64,000 nt of DNA, from assembly GCA_965287045.1 (NCBI GenBank), contig OZ336878.1, positions 100,254,001 through 100,318,000 of the forward strand, read 5' to 3'. The stretch's first letter is position 1, and each line of letters opens with the position of its first letter. The translations under genes and the position numbers were made by a program. The notes beneath the pieces are model-generated. The model ran no database searches. It was not told the origin of the DNA and saw nothing but the letters and a program-made list of their open reading frames with translations. Source of the stretch: Carcharhinus amblyrhynchos. Lineage: Eukaryota. This document shows, piece after piece, positions 49,115-62,699 of the stretch.

Positions 49115-49430
49115 TAAAATCCCCACAATGCGGAAGGAGACCATTCGTCCCATCAAGCCTGTACTGGCAATAATCCCACAAAGGACCTATACCCATAATC
49201 CCACATACTTACCCTGCCAATCCTCCTGACACTAAGAGTCATTTCACCACGGCCAATCAAACTCATCCACACATCATTGGTGTATGGGAGGAAACCAGAG
49301 CACCCAGAGGAAACACACGCAGACGGGGAGGGGGGAGAATGTGAAAACACCACACAGTTATGCAAGGCCAAAATTGAGCCCCAATCCCTGATACTATGTG
49401 GCAGCAGTGCTAACAACTGTGCCACTGTGT
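49115..49430 (-). mobile_element. HE1-like SINE
   Basis: Reverse-complement head GGCAGCAGTGCTAACAACTGTGCCAC plus core. Confidence 0.8.
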
Positions 49431-49909
49431 CCTCTTTGTTCTACCCTCCCTATACTTCATATTTCTCCGGCTCATTCATTGCTTGAAAACCCTGCTATTT
49501 CTAATAACTGATGAAAGATAATCAATCTGAAATATTAAGTCTATTTTTATATCCACACATGCTGATTGGCCCGAGGAGTAATTTTAAGATATCACTTTCA
49601 TTTATATATTTATGCAGTCACTTTATGTTACTTTGGTGATGAGATTATAAAGTTGTGATGTTGTCACTGGACCAGACACAAAGGGGACCTGAGTTTAAAT
49701 CCGGCCATCACAGATGATGAAATCTGAATTCAAGGAACAGCTGTAATTAAAAGTATAATGATAACCATGAAAAGATTGTGGTTAGAACTACATCTGGTTC
49801 ACTAATGACCTTTACCAGAAGAAATCTGCTATCTTTACTTTGTTGGTCCTACATATAACTCCAGCATCGCAGCAATGATGTTGACGCTTAAACTGCTTCC
49901 TAATATGGC

Positions 49910-50225
49910 GCTCTGACAGTCAGGGACAGATGGAAAGCAGAAGGAAGTCTATGATATTGCTCTTCAGCATTTCTGGCAGCTTTCCACTTTGTGGTTATTG
50001 TGTGTTATACATTTCCTATAGTATATTATCACAGGAATCAACCATGTGTGTTCCAGTAATCTTACATATTTCTTTGCAGATGTTGGAGTTATGCTTCTGA
50101 ATTTATATTGTTGTCCAAATGCGTTTATTTATGGGGTGATTCATCACAAGATAAGGGAGCAGTTCAAGAGTGTGTTGAAATATCCATTTACATCCATTAT
50201 TCAATGACTTAATCAACAAAACTAC
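49910..50225 (+). pseudogene. Gene D: decayed 3' fragment (TM5 end to C-terminus) of a sixth paralogue
   Basis: GCTCTGACAGTCAG (ALTVR), then ATGGAAAGCAGAAGGAAGTCTATGATATTGCTCTTCAGCATTTCTGGCAGCTTT (MESRRKSMILLFSISGSF), then CCPNAFIYGV-like and REQFKSVLKYPFTSIIQ-like segments, with an internal deletion, frameshift and stops. Confidence 0.85.
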
Positions 50226-51969
50226 AGTCAGCAGACCAGAGGCGAGTACTAGAGCTTGCATTTCATGATTGGAACATTTATCCTGAGTTTTCAATCAACT
50301 GAATGATATCAGGAATCACTGAGGATATAAAAATACCTGCAGTCGTGGCGTGGTATTGGTGATGGTGGAGAGGAAGAGATCGGCATTTGGACATGGACGG
50401 GGGGGAGGACGACCATTACAAGGTCCCCTACAGGACATGATGGGGAACAGAAGCCATAGGGCTAGATATTCGAGCCCTTGACACTGGTGAGATCTTCCAG
50501 TCCCGGCAATGTAAATAGGCAGTTAAAGGAATTGCCGTGACTTAATTTTCTCCACCTCCACTCAGCTACTCATACCTGCTCAGATAGAAACAATATTTGC
50601 TTAAAAGACTGGCTGCTGCGAATGCCAACCATTTTATTATATATATTACCCTGAGTATTAGGTTTTTGAAGATATTTGATTTAACCTGTATCCACGCCCC
50701 TTCCACCCCCCATCCCTCCACCCCGCCCATCCCACACTCTATCTTTTATCTCTAATTCTCTCCTTCTTTTCCCATCATTACATTGGGGATGGAAGGGTGG
50801 GTTTCTGTCTGCCTATGGCCCTGCTGAGTGGACCAAACATGGAGAGGAGAGCTTGGGTGAGCTACTGGGATTGGCGTCATAGCATCTGCCAATTATGGCA
50901 TCACAACCTAGTGGCTGATTACTGGGCAGGAACTAATCCCTTCCTTGCTTCAATGTCAGCTGATACCTGTTATTGTAGATAAGTTAATCACTTCGTGGTT
51001 CATCCCTGCTTCCTTGAAATCCCTCGATCTGCATCATAGCTGCTGCAGGGACTAGAGTTCCGAGGGAGACTAGGCCTGAATCAGCACTGCGCTGGATTTT
51101 AAACACTGAACAGTTGCTGCGCTCCACTCTCCGGACGCTTCTCCCATATGGAACAGAATCTTCAGAGCTGTGGATCGATATTCCCTATTTATGGCATCAT
51201 CTACTGTAAATCTGTAACTCCCACCCTCTTTGACAAATAAGAATTTGATTATGTAAGATAAGCAAGTGGAATGAGTTGGTTGACTGGGGGGACTGGGTTG
51301 TTGGAGGCTAGCCTTACAACTTAGGAGGTTGTGTGTTCAGGGGCGTGAGGAGGCAGAGGGTGCAGGGAGGTGGGATATCCTGGAAGTCAGATGGTCAGGG
51401 TGTCATGCAGAGGGAGAGGTGGGATTGTAGGTGGGAATAGGAATCGGATTGTCACAGGTTGGGAGGTGGGGTAATCGGATCACCGTTGCTATGAAGAATT
51501 GGAAGTGGTAGTGATTTGTCTAACATTTCCTGGCTGACTATTCTGCTAATAAAATCTGAACCACATGAAGACTCCAATTCAAAATGGAGACTGGGATGGT
51601 TCCAGGCTAATGGTTGAACGAGAGTTTGAAGTACTGGGCATTTCATGTGCAGCTCTCTGGTGTTGATCCAGAAGGAACTCTTCCCATTTGGACAATAAAA
51701 ATATAATGATACTGACTCCAATTTATAAATCAAAGAAAAGGTTTAATGAGGAAATATCATTACTCCAATACCTAAGGCCCCACCCTAAGCCATTCCAAGC
51801 CATCTGACAACTCCCAACAGGTTCTTATTCATATTGAGTCCACTGGTCAGCTGATCATCACATCATTCTGTCCTTGACTACATGGTTTATTGGTTTGTAG
51901 AAGGTGTCAGCTGGCCCTTACGGCTTGTTATGATGGGTCACAGAACAGCAGATATAGTACCAGTTACAT

Positions 51970-53030
51970 TCTAACATTGCAAAACTTGGAGGGGGGGTGG
52001 GGACACTCAGATCCTATAGCACATGTTTTGGGTATTGCAAGGGTCTGACCATCAAACAGGTTCAAGGCCATCCTATTCCTCATGACGGGGTGAGCGCAAT
52101 ACATCGGCACAAAGAATAATGATGAAGCATTTGCAACCATCTTCACCCAGATCTGCCTTGTAGACAATCCATCATCTATGAAAACTGAACTTGTACATGT
52201 GACCCTTTGGCCAATTCATTCACAGAAAGAATATCAGCAAAGATGCTGAGGGTACTGGGTGATACAAAGTCTTTGCGCCCTGCTATATCTCAGCAGTTGA
52301 ATGAAGAATGCTGCTCCAGAACGAACTGCTTGTCCCAGCCAACTTGATCCATTGCAGCTAAACGCTGGGAAATTGACTAGGTGGGTCCAGTCCATGGAAA
52401 GCAGGACAGGTTGAATATAATGAACTCCTTGGCATATTCTCTATCATCAGAAATGTGATAGAAGGTGTCACAAACAGCCTTATCAAGCGAGCACTTACAG
52501 GTGAACAACCTTGCTCAATGATGCACGCTTGGGTGCTGCCAGGACCATTCAGGTCCTGATCTCATCACTGACCCCATGCAAACAGACACAAGATCCACAT
52601 TAATGGGTGAGAAGAGAGTGATTGCTCTTAACGTCAAGGCAACATTAGACTGAGTGAGATATCAAAGAGCACTAGCAGAACTGGAGTAATCAGAATCAAG
52701 GGAAAAAAACCATCCGTTTGTTGGACTCAAACCTGGCACAATTGAAGATGGTTGTTGTCCTTGGAGGCCAATCATCTCAGACCCACCACACCTCTCCTGA
52801 TGTTCGTTGATTAGTGTTCAAGGCCCAACCATCTCCAACTGATTTGCAAAAGAAGTGGGGATGTTCTTTGTTAACTGCACAATGTTAAGCACCGTTTGCA
52901 GCAACTCTGGAAATGAACAAGTCCGCTTCCATCTGCAGCAAAACATTAGCAGCATGCAGCATGAAAAGAGGCAAGTGATATTCTTAGTACACAACTGCCC
53001 AGCAGTGTCCATCTCCGGCAAAAGAAAATA
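51970..53030 (+). mobile_element. Degenerate LINE (CR1/L2 group) RT region
   Basis: GAAGCATTTGCAACCATCTTCACCCAG (EAFATIFTQ), GCTCTTAACGTCAAGGCAACATTAGAC (ALxVKAxxD), CAAGGCCCAACCATCTCC. Confidence 0.6.
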
Positions 53031-55261
53031 TTTTGTTGAATCTGTGATTTCAAAGCTTGTAATGATCCTGTTGGAGCCTGAGTGAAAAGGGAAACTGAGG
53101 GTCCATTCAGCCTAGATGGTCAGAAGAGAGAAATGCCCCGGAGGTTCCACTGCGAGATCATTCAGAGACTGATGAGGTTCATTTAGGTGGTGGGACAAAA
53201 ATTGAGCCTTTGGCTGAAAACAAGTCGACACTGGACTTTCCTGCAGTGGTGCTGCCTTCTGCTATGGTACCAGGGGAGGCTTAGTTGCTGATGGTGGTGA
53301 TGCCGAGTTTCTGAAGTTTCCTGTACTTGGTGTGAATGTAGATGCCATTGTTCCGTTGTCTCATCAGCATGGCAGTGTTTCACAGCTATTCTGCCTCCTG
53401 AGCATACGTTGAGAATACGGATTTATTAAGCATTTATTGCCCATCCCTAATTGGTCCTAAACTGCATGCATTTCTGAGGGCATTTTAAAAGTCAATCGCG
53501 TTTCTGTGGACCTGAGGATTCATGTAGGCCAGATCAGAAACGGATTGTAGAAGTTTCTCCTGAAATGAGATTTCTTTTCCAACATTTACCTGCTGCACAA
53601 TTCTTCTGGGGTCTTGCGATGCTGGCCATCACAGAAATGCCACAGATTAGAGTTGGAGAAAAAGAGGGAACATCCATTTTTTATTCGACTGGCTGCCGTA
53701 TGATGTGTTCAAATGTCTTGTCTTAATATTGGTCAATGGACGAGCAAATAGGTGAGTGAGTGGATGAATAGGTGAGTGAGTGAATGAGTGAGGGAGCAGA
53801 TGGATAGTTGGCTCGGGCAGATGGACCGGCAGTCCAGTCATGCTTTCATTTTGTCTCTGAGAACATATGTTTTCTATTAAAACAGTTAGATTATGTCCAT
53901 CGCTGATATGAACACTTCCTGGCTGGGCTAAGGAGACACTATAATCCAATTCACGGCCCTGAATTAAATGAGCAGCTGGGTAGCCATGTAAAGGAGGTAG
54001 GATGGGTAAATGGGTCATTGGTTACTTGCGTTTGCGTTGGTAGTTTGTGTAGGTGGCCGGGTTTGTGAGTACGGTTGGAGGTCAGGTTGGATACATGAGT
54101 AGTTGGTTAGTTTGGTGAGGCGGTAGGTTGGTAGATTGGCGAGCTGATCTTGTCGGTGTGCGAGTAGGTAGTCGTGTTAAAGTTTGGCTCGGTTGAGGAA
54201 TGTCGGGTGTTGAGGAAGGGCAGTCAGGCTGGAAATAAAATGAATTACTCATTGGAAGTTTGATATTCCTATGTAGGCTCATTCACCAGGCTGTGTCTCT
54301 GTGTGTAACTTCCTTCAAACACTTGAGCCCAACAAGAATATTTTGCCTCTTATTATCTTTGGGTCTATTTAATCACAACAAAATCGACTTTAATCTCACT
54401 GGAACAAATACCACTTCAGTCTACATAACATGTTCCCATTCATTTAACCCCCCAATCATTCCAGTAAATATGGAACAGGGTTCCTCTGCAGAAGTATAGT
54501 CTTCTTCACATGTGGTCAGAACTTAATCAATACTTCAAATATGATCCAAAATATATGATGCAATTGTGGCCTAACATTAAGCCATTTCTGTCCCAGACCT
54601 TTTGAAACACTGGTGCCACGTCGCAGCTTTTTCTAGCTCAGTGTCTGCTGGATGGCAGCTGATAGTTGGCATATTTCAGATAGCCACATTCCCTCTCCTG
54701 CCTGTCTGAGAGGAACTTTCTGCTTCTTTTTCAGCTCGGGCATGGGTGAATTGTTTCGAGTAATCAGAGAGTGAGTGAGTGTGCGAGTCAGTTACCTGCA
54801 ATCTTTGCAGGGATGACTGCTGCTGTCTTTCCTTCCTTCTGTGTCAAACAGCCCGGCGCACTCAAACCTGCTCAGCACTGAATAGCTTTGCAGCTGAGTT
54901 TTCTCCCAAATTGGCAGGAAAACAGTTCTAGATCCCGACTGTTTTCTCAGTTCAGTTTCTCACCCGAATCTCCACACTCTGTGCACTGCAGAGGTCCCAG
55001 TTCTGAATATCATTCAGAAGCCAGGGAGCTGGAGTCTGACAATTCTGGAGCTCCACACATGCACTGTGGCCCGATCTGTTAGTCGCCCCATTTTCTGGCC
55101 GGCTCCCCAACCCCCCCGCGCCTCTGCCCCCACCCCCCAACGCACCCTCCCCTCTCTGCCTCATGTCCAACGAGGGGCATACACGTGATGGGTCGTACTG
55201 GGGCTGCTCTTGGTTGTTCGAGATTGGCCTAGTGCTTCATGTCGTTAGTGTGTGCCTAAAC

Positions 55262-55610
55262 TGGACAAGATACTGTGCAAGACGGCAGCTCAGTGACTAT
55301 CGCTGATTGCTGTGCAGACACATGGATTTGGGCCGGTGTCTGTGGGAGTTTGCGCATTCTCCCCGTGCTTGCGTGGGTTTCCTCCGGGTGCTCCAGTTTC
55401 CTCCCACGCCCCAAAGATGTGCTGTTAGGCTGATTGGCAGGAATAAATTGTCCCTAAATCAGATTCCCTCAATCTGGATGGCCATAAAACATTAGACAGG
55501 GGTCGTGGGTGGAGAGGTGGACTGGTGGTGTTGAGATGGCGGCGTGGGCTCGTTGGGCCGAAGGGCCTGTTTCCCGGGTTGATTTTGTTCTTTATTCTTT
55601 GTTCTTTGTT
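55262..55610 (+). mobile_element. Young SINE-like element, same family as 41370-41705
   Basis: Shared GCAGCTCAGTGA..ATCGCTGATTGCTGTGCAGACACATGGATTTGGGCCGGTG head. Confidence 0.75.
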
Positions 55611-55969
55611 CCACCCCGCTCCGCCTCCCACACCCCCGCCACTCCCCACATCCCAAACACGGATCTCACAGCAATTCCTGAGCCAGCCTTGGCCATCCCT
55701 TCCTGGAGCGTGACGATGCACAGCCTACACCCCCAGCACTGGCAACCCCCCCACCTCCCTCATCACAGTACCCGCCCCACCCCGGGCTGATCGCCTCACA
55801 GAATGGCATAGAACATTACAGCGCAGTACAGGCCCTCCGGCCCTCGATGTTTCGCCGACCAGTGGAACCAATCTAATGATCCTCTAACCTAAACTATTCC
55901 AGTAGGTAGAACCCCTCTCCCCCTCCGCACTGCGGAGGCAGGCCCCACCATCGGCAAACAATGTAAGAA

Positions 55970-56301
55970 TTGAGGGGATGTAGCAGTTGAGAGAATACCT
56001 TAGTTTGAGGGCATGTTTCAGTTTGTGGGACTGTATCTGCTGGTGGGGCCGCTACAGTTGTGGGATTGGAATAGCTTGAGAGAATATATTAGGTTGAGGG
56101 AATATATTCATTTGAGGGACTGTATTAGTTTGAGGGATTATAACAGTTGACGGATTGTACCAGTTTGAGAGAATGTATTGTTGGATGGATGGTACCAGTT
56201 TGGGGACTTTATTAGTTTAAGGGACAGCACCAGTTAGGATTTGTACCAATTTGAGAGAATATGTTTCATCTTGAGGGGCTGAATCAGTTTGAGGGACTGT
56301 T
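55970..56301 (+). repeat. 18-bp array upstream of E
   Basis: Alignable to the proximal two-thirds of the gene A array. Confidence 0.85.
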
Positions 56302-56630
56302 TTCTTTTCAGAGAAAGTCGTCACCTGTATTTTTGAACAGACAGGTGAAATAAGGCGGCCACATCTCAGAGTGCAGCCACACAGTCCTGAGAAGACACCT
56401 CATATGTGAAATGGTAATTGCTAAATAGACACGGCAGAGAAAATGGTCATTGTAATATTGTGAGATCTGGGGAAGGACATGATGCTATGAGAATTATCAA
56501 CACCATTGCTCGGAGAATAGAACTTCCAATTATTACTTGGTGAATTAGTGTGATTAAAACTGATCAGTCTTTAGTTTATCCCAATGTGATCTCAGATCTA
56601 AACATGGTCTTTCACAACAGGCAGTGAACT

Positions 56631-56727
56631 CAGCTGTTGCAAAATGCTGACTTGTTTTTTTTCAGAAACACATTTGAAAGATGTTGTAACTTCAATGTCC
56701 CCATGGAGATGTCACAGTGTATAAAAA
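56631..56727 (+). promoter_or_regulatory. Putative core promoter of gene E
   Basis: CAGCTG 56631-56636, TCCCCATGGA 56698-56707, TATAAAA 56720-56726. Confidence 0.65.
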
Positions 56728-56806
56728 CAGCAAATATATCACACATGTATTGAATTCAAAGAGATCGTTTGTATCACCAAGGTCAGATCACAACGTACAG
56801 AAAAAA

Positions 56807-59800
56807 ATGGAATCATTTCAAAGGATTCAAAAAATATACTACACTATTCTTGCTATCGTTGGTGTACCTGGTAAGTGACTGTGAACACTGAAGTTGTGTA
56901 AGTCTGTGTGAGTTGGTTTCTGTTTTACTCTGTTATTGATAATTCACTTATCTACTGGTGAATGTTATACAGAAACCTGATCAATGAGATCATTTGGTTA
57001 AGGGTACAGCTGAATCGGATATCAGTACAGGCAATTCTGAGAGGAAAGATCTTCCTGGATGTTTATCTTACGATACAATTGTACTGGATGTGGGTCACCA
57101 CCCAGAAAAAATTGTTTTTTTCTATGTGCAAGTTTGCGCTGATGAATCTGTCCACCTCATGGATCTGTTTATGTGTTTCTGAATGTCACTGGTGACCAAG
57201 CAGAATATTTTTGTTGTTCTGTTGGCTCAAAATGTTTGTGAATAAATGCACCCAATGAAATATATTGATACTGTTCAGTCTCTATTAGAACTGCTACAAA
57301 AGACAGAAATGTTAACTGCAAACAGTTAAACATTGGGACCACACAGTTACTGCATTCAAAGCCTGTAGATGACGGCTTACTCTCGCACACAGTATAGTTA
57401 CTGAAAACACATTATTTGTTTTATTGTTGATTAATCTCCTTCTCTCAACACAGCCTTTTGAATCTGTGGGTCATGGATTTTTTTTTTATGAATGGCAATC
57501 ACAGTGGGTGAATTTAGGCCAATGGTCAATGAATTTCCCAATTGTTTAACGTTTAACAGACCAGTAACAATCCAGATCATGAGTTTCGACGCACATAACT
57601 TAAATCGATCCTGCATTTAGCTCAGTGAACTGTATCACATCAAGAGAGAATAGTTATGACTGAAGAATATTGATTAATTAATTAATAGGGTCACATCAAA
57701 TATGTAGCTTCGGGATAAACAATCTGTTTTTTGCTGTACTATACATAAACCTTCCCTCATCGCTCTCCAGATAACCTGATCAGCACAGCTTTCTACTATT
57801 CTGTACTGCCTGTCTTGTTTCCTGAATTTCCCTTGAACTTGATCCATACTCTTCACATTAGCAGCTCCAAGTTGTCACGAAATCCACATTCTGACCATTC
57901 TTTCAGTAGATATGTTCCCCTTGAATACATTTTTGGCTTTATTAATGACTATAGTATTTTAATGATATTTTATCTCAGACCACCCATCAATTGTAGACGT
58001 GGTCTCCATGGCCACTTTATCGAACACATTCCTCATTTTCCAGCACCTGTCTAACTGCGGTCAGCATTAACTTTTCAAAGGAAAGACCTCAACCTGTTCC
58101 TTCTTTCTGGATAATTAAAATCTCTCAGTTCTGATATTATTCATCTCAAAGATTTTGAACCTTCTGCTGGGTATTCAGATCCTTGTTGTACTCTGGCGTA
58201 CAGACTGTGCACCATGCGTTCATTATGGAGAACCAATGTTCTATATAAGTTTACTATAACCTCTTTTATTTTCAATTCTTTTCCACTCAAAATGGAACTC
58301 GCTGATTTGTTTGACTTTTTTTAATGCATGCTTTAATTTAAATAATTTGTGGATCTGGAACTCCTTACTGCTTTGGTTGCATCACTCATTGTCTCCCTGT
58401 TTATAATTACAATTTCCTAAAGTTGCTGATTTTTGTTTTCCATTCACTATTTACCAGTTTGATTCTACCTATTAGAAATTACTCTCTTTCTCTCTCTCTC
58501 TGTGCATTGATATATTTTTACTTCTTGAATATTTGAGTGCAGGAGTACATCTGTCTTTCCACATTTGGATGGCACATTGTTAATACTGAACCTGTATTAT
58601 TTTGAATAGTTTCTCTCCTTTTACCTAAGGATAGGTACATTCGCTATCAAAGGAGTTTGTTTTTTCATCCATGGGGTGTAGTTATCTCTGCTTGGTCCAG
58701 CACTTATTACCCATCCCATATTGCCGGTACACAACATCTTATTTCTGAGGGCAGGTAGAAGTCAAAATTCAACAGTGGCGCTGGAGTCACATACAGATTC
58801 CATTCCCTAAAGGGTATGAGTGAATCTATGGCATTGTGGGTTCAACCCACAGGTGTGGACAGCAGCGTTTCAAGAAGGCAGCTCACCACCACCTTTTAAA
58901 GGCAAACTAGCGACGGGGATTAAATGTTGGCCAGCTATATCCCATCAATGAATAAAATGAAAAAGAACTGGGTTTCATGGGAATGAACAATGGTTTCATG
59001 AATGCCAGAAATGGAATTTTACTGCCCTGTCCACCATAAGAATCGGAGCTGGTGAGGAGTGGAAAGCAGATAGTTGTATTGACATAGGGTGGGATTTTAT
59101 GTTTTTGGGACAAGTCCCACCCCAGAACTTTGTTGACATACAGAATCTCTGAAACATAATTTCCATTCTTTGTCCTCTCTTACAGTTAATTTACCTGCGA
59201 TACTAATCCTGTCCCGAGGCAAGTGCGGCCTCTCCGCTTGCAGCTCTCGTTACCTGGTGGCCATGGCGACAGCAGATCTACTGTTCTTTATCTGTTCAGT
59301 CTTTCTCTATCGAATAGGTCCTTATTACTTCCCTTTATCTTTCCTGGAAATCACTCCTGTGTGTTCTGTTACCTTTGTACTGCTTTGTGCAACTGCAGAG
59401 TGTTCTGTCTGGTTCACCGTCACTTTCTCCTTTGATCGATTTGTGGCCATTTGTTGCCAGAAGCTGAAAACAAAATATTGCACTGAAAGAACTGCGGCTG
59501 TGGTTCTAGCAGCAACCGGCATTCTGCTCTGTTTAAAGAATGTTCCCTTCTACTTTAGGTTTGAACCGGGACAGATAATCAATAATATTCCCTGGTTTTG
59601 TCAGGAAAAGCCAAGCTATTATACTGATCCAAGATGGGTGGCATTTGACTGGTTTGATAAGATTTTAAACCCATTTCTCCCATATTTTTCAATTCTGTCG
59701 CTCAACAGTCTGACTGTCAGATATATTTTAGTGGCCAGTCGAGCCCGTAAGAGACTGAGGAGGCAGAGAAAGGGAGAGAATCACAGTGACCCAGAGATGA

Positions 59801-60096
59801 AAAGTCGAAGGAAGTCTGTGATGTTACTCTTCACCATATCCGGCAGCTTCATACTCCTCTGGCTGTTATATGTTACATATTTCTTTTATTACACAACTAC
59901 AGGAATCAATTCTGAATCTTACAGTGAGTCTTTATATGTTTTTGCAGAAGTTTCAGTTATGCTGGTGAACTTAAGCTGTTGTACAAACACATTTATTTAC
60001 GCAGTGACTCAGAGCAATTTCAGGGAACAGTTAAAGCATGCAGTGGAATGTCCTATTGCAAAAATTATCAAGTTAATTAATAAGGACAGCAACTGA
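56807..60096 (+). CDS. Gene E: GPR139/GPR142-like class A GPCR, intact, 324 aa; join(56807..56870,59186..60096)
   Basis: Exon 1 MESFQRIQKIYYTILAIVGVP|GTAAGT; acceptor CCTCTCTTACAG|TTAAT, in frame with ORF 59170..60096. Same motifs as gene A. Confidence 0.92.
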
Positions 60097-60280
60097 GAAC
60101 AAACCAGGGAAGGGCCAATGTCTCTACTCCATGAATGTAAAATTGATTCCCAAATTCCTTCAACTGAAATTGCCAAGTTTCTAAAATTACCCCAGTAGCA
60201 ACAGACATGGGGGGAAACGCAGAGGATAAAGGGCAGAATCAGAGTTCATCAGAGTTCTTAAGCACAGGAAAGGAAAACGG

Positions 60281-60342
60281 TTGTCACCATCTGTCTGCCA
60301 TCTCTGCCAATTTGTCACCATCTGTCTGCCATCTCTGCCAAT
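60281..60342 (+). repeat. Perfect 31-bp tandem duplication in the 3' flank of E
   Basis: TTGTCACCATCTGTCTGCCATCTCTGCCAAT x2. Confidence 0.95.
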
Positions 60343-60378
60343 TCAACCCTTATCTTCTCACATTAAGTCAGAATGAAA

Positions 60379-60384
60379 AATAAA
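60379..60384 (+). terminator. Candidate poly(A) signal of gene E
   Basis: AATAAA about 280 nt after the stop codon. Confidence 0.4.
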
Positions 60385-61944
60385 AAGCCAAATCCGCCAA
60401 ATGATGATATTTTCCTGTCTCGATAAACTTCCGGTGCAATCTTATCTGCACGCCAGCCGGTGGGATCTTCCAGTTCCGCCAGTGACAATGAGCATTTGAG
60501 TGTCTCGCCGCAATCGTGGGCCCCGCCCACACCCGCGACAGGACACTAAAAATCCGCCCTCACACAAATAGGGAGATTTAGGCAGGGAGTTCCAGAGATT
60601 GGAGCCCACAAGGCTAAATCTATCAACACTCTGAGGGGGCTGAAGGAAATTTCTTTTCACTTGTGAAGCCTTTTACAATTTCAGGCTGCCTTAACGTGTT
60701 TTACATTAGAACTAACAGCACAGAATCACACCAGTCAGCGTGAAACACCCCTGAAGAGGGTAATGTTGCAGAGAGCCTCCCATTCTTCTACACCTTATCC
60801 TGTCAGCATATCCATATATCCCCTTCTCCCTCATCAGTTTATCTAACTTCCCCTTGAATGGAACCCAGATTTTGGAATCCAGCTCCTGCCCTGGTATAGA
60901 GTTGGATATTTAAATATTGTCATGAAGTTACCAAAAGCAACAAAGGGGGAACGAGCAGATCGCAGAGATTTTGCTCGGGGTGATGTTAATTGAGGTGAAT
61001 TATTAACTGGGTCACCGGGAAAAAATCCCTCTGATTTGTTCCAATACGGGTCTTTGTCTTTCCATTCCAGCTGTAGCTCTCACTCCACCCGTCCATCTCT
61101 CGATCTCCCCCTCTCTCACCCTTGTTCTCTTCTGAGAACAAGAAAATTAAGATGTGATCTCATTAAAATATACAAAACAATTAAATTTGACTGGATTGAT
61201 GCAGAGAGTGCATTTCACCTGGATTGGGGAGACTAAAACCAGGGGACATAATTTAAAAATAAGGGAGATGGAACTTTTCTAAGTTCAATTTCTTGACACT
61301 GAGGGATAGCATTCTTCGGGCTATTGGAGGTCAGTAACTGTGCATGTTCAAAACAGAGATTGATAAATTTCTGATTAAGAATAAGGGAATGCTTTCTGGG
61401 CATAGTGTTTATAAATTCATTGCAGTGACAAGATCAGGCATGACCGAACTAATTGACGAGTGAAACGGGCTACTCTTGTCTTCATGTTCCTATTTTCTTA
61501 AGAAGGAAAAAGTTGGTTAATTTCCCAGAGAGTGGGTGCTGGAGTGGGGGTACAAACTGGATTACAAATCCCAGTAAATCTGTTTGAACTTCCTTTGTAA
61601 ATTGAAGTAAATAAATATAAGAAACAAATCCATTATCTAACGCTTAATAGCTGTATCATAACACTGCTTTGTTTGATCTTCCCCATCTCTTCTTCAAGTT
61701 CTACCTCCCTAATGCCATTTCTCCCAATGTCCTCTCCCCCATTTTTCTCCTGGATATCCTTTCAATTCCCTACCCCTCCCTCTAAGAGCCATTCCTCCAC
61801 TTTCTTCATATTTTCCAGGGCTGAATTCCCCTCCCATCCTACATTAGCTACTTCCTCCCTTCTTTCTCCCCCCATTCTACGTTATCATTAACCACCTCCG
61901 TTCCCCCATTCCGTTCCCCTGTCTCTCATTCCCTTTCCTCTTTC

Positions 61945-62097
61945 ACTCTCTGTGTGGAGTTTGCACATTCTCCTCGTGTCTGTGTGGGTTTCCTCTGGGT
62001 GCTCCGTTCCTTCCTACAGCCCAAAGATGTGCCAGTTAGGTTGACTGGCCATGCTAAAAAAAATTGCCCCTTTGAATCGTAGGTCAGAGGGATTAGC
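61945..62097 (+). mobile_element. Partial HE1-like SINE
   Basis: Core CTGTGTGGAGTTTGCACATTCTCC...CCAAAGATGTG. Confidence 0.75.
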
Positions 62098-62699
62098 GTT
62101 CTATGCATTTCTTTATGGTTTTCAAAACCTTAACCATCACTTCTGTAAGACATTTTCCACAGCCGAGAGGTTTCCGGCTTATTTAAAACTGTTCAATTGT
62201 CTCTCCTTTTAAATGCTGACTTTCCACAACTACAGTAACCGATGTCCTTGTGTTAATGGTTTAAGAAGTGGTGTATTTTTGAAAACACAACTACTTCCAA
62301 AATGTTCTTAGACTTTGAAGATTATCTATTTTCTGTGATGCATGCATTCTTGACGCTAACTTTCCTGGAGAAATGATACACTATAATATTTTGTGTTTCA
62401 CTGCAGTGTACGCTGACAAAAATACTAAAGCACATATATTCATTCACGTTTTAATGCAAAACTGATAGTCATTCCTTATATCAGTTTGCCTTTTAGACAA
62501 TACGAAGCAAAGTTAAATTACAGAATCGTCAATTATATTGTAATTTTTCGGTAATGGAGACACGTTTTAAGTGATGAGACTATAATAAATTTATCATAAT
62601 AGTCTGGCATTCTGGTTTCTATTGTTCTACAAACACCCCTGGGTTGGGATCAGTATGTATCAGTGTCTCCCTGCATCCATGCAAGCATACACTTCAACA

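Noticed and set aside
53740-54235. GAGT/GGT-rich stretch as a structured repeat or gene
   Set aside because: Degenerate simple-sequence DNA with no stable period or coding signal.
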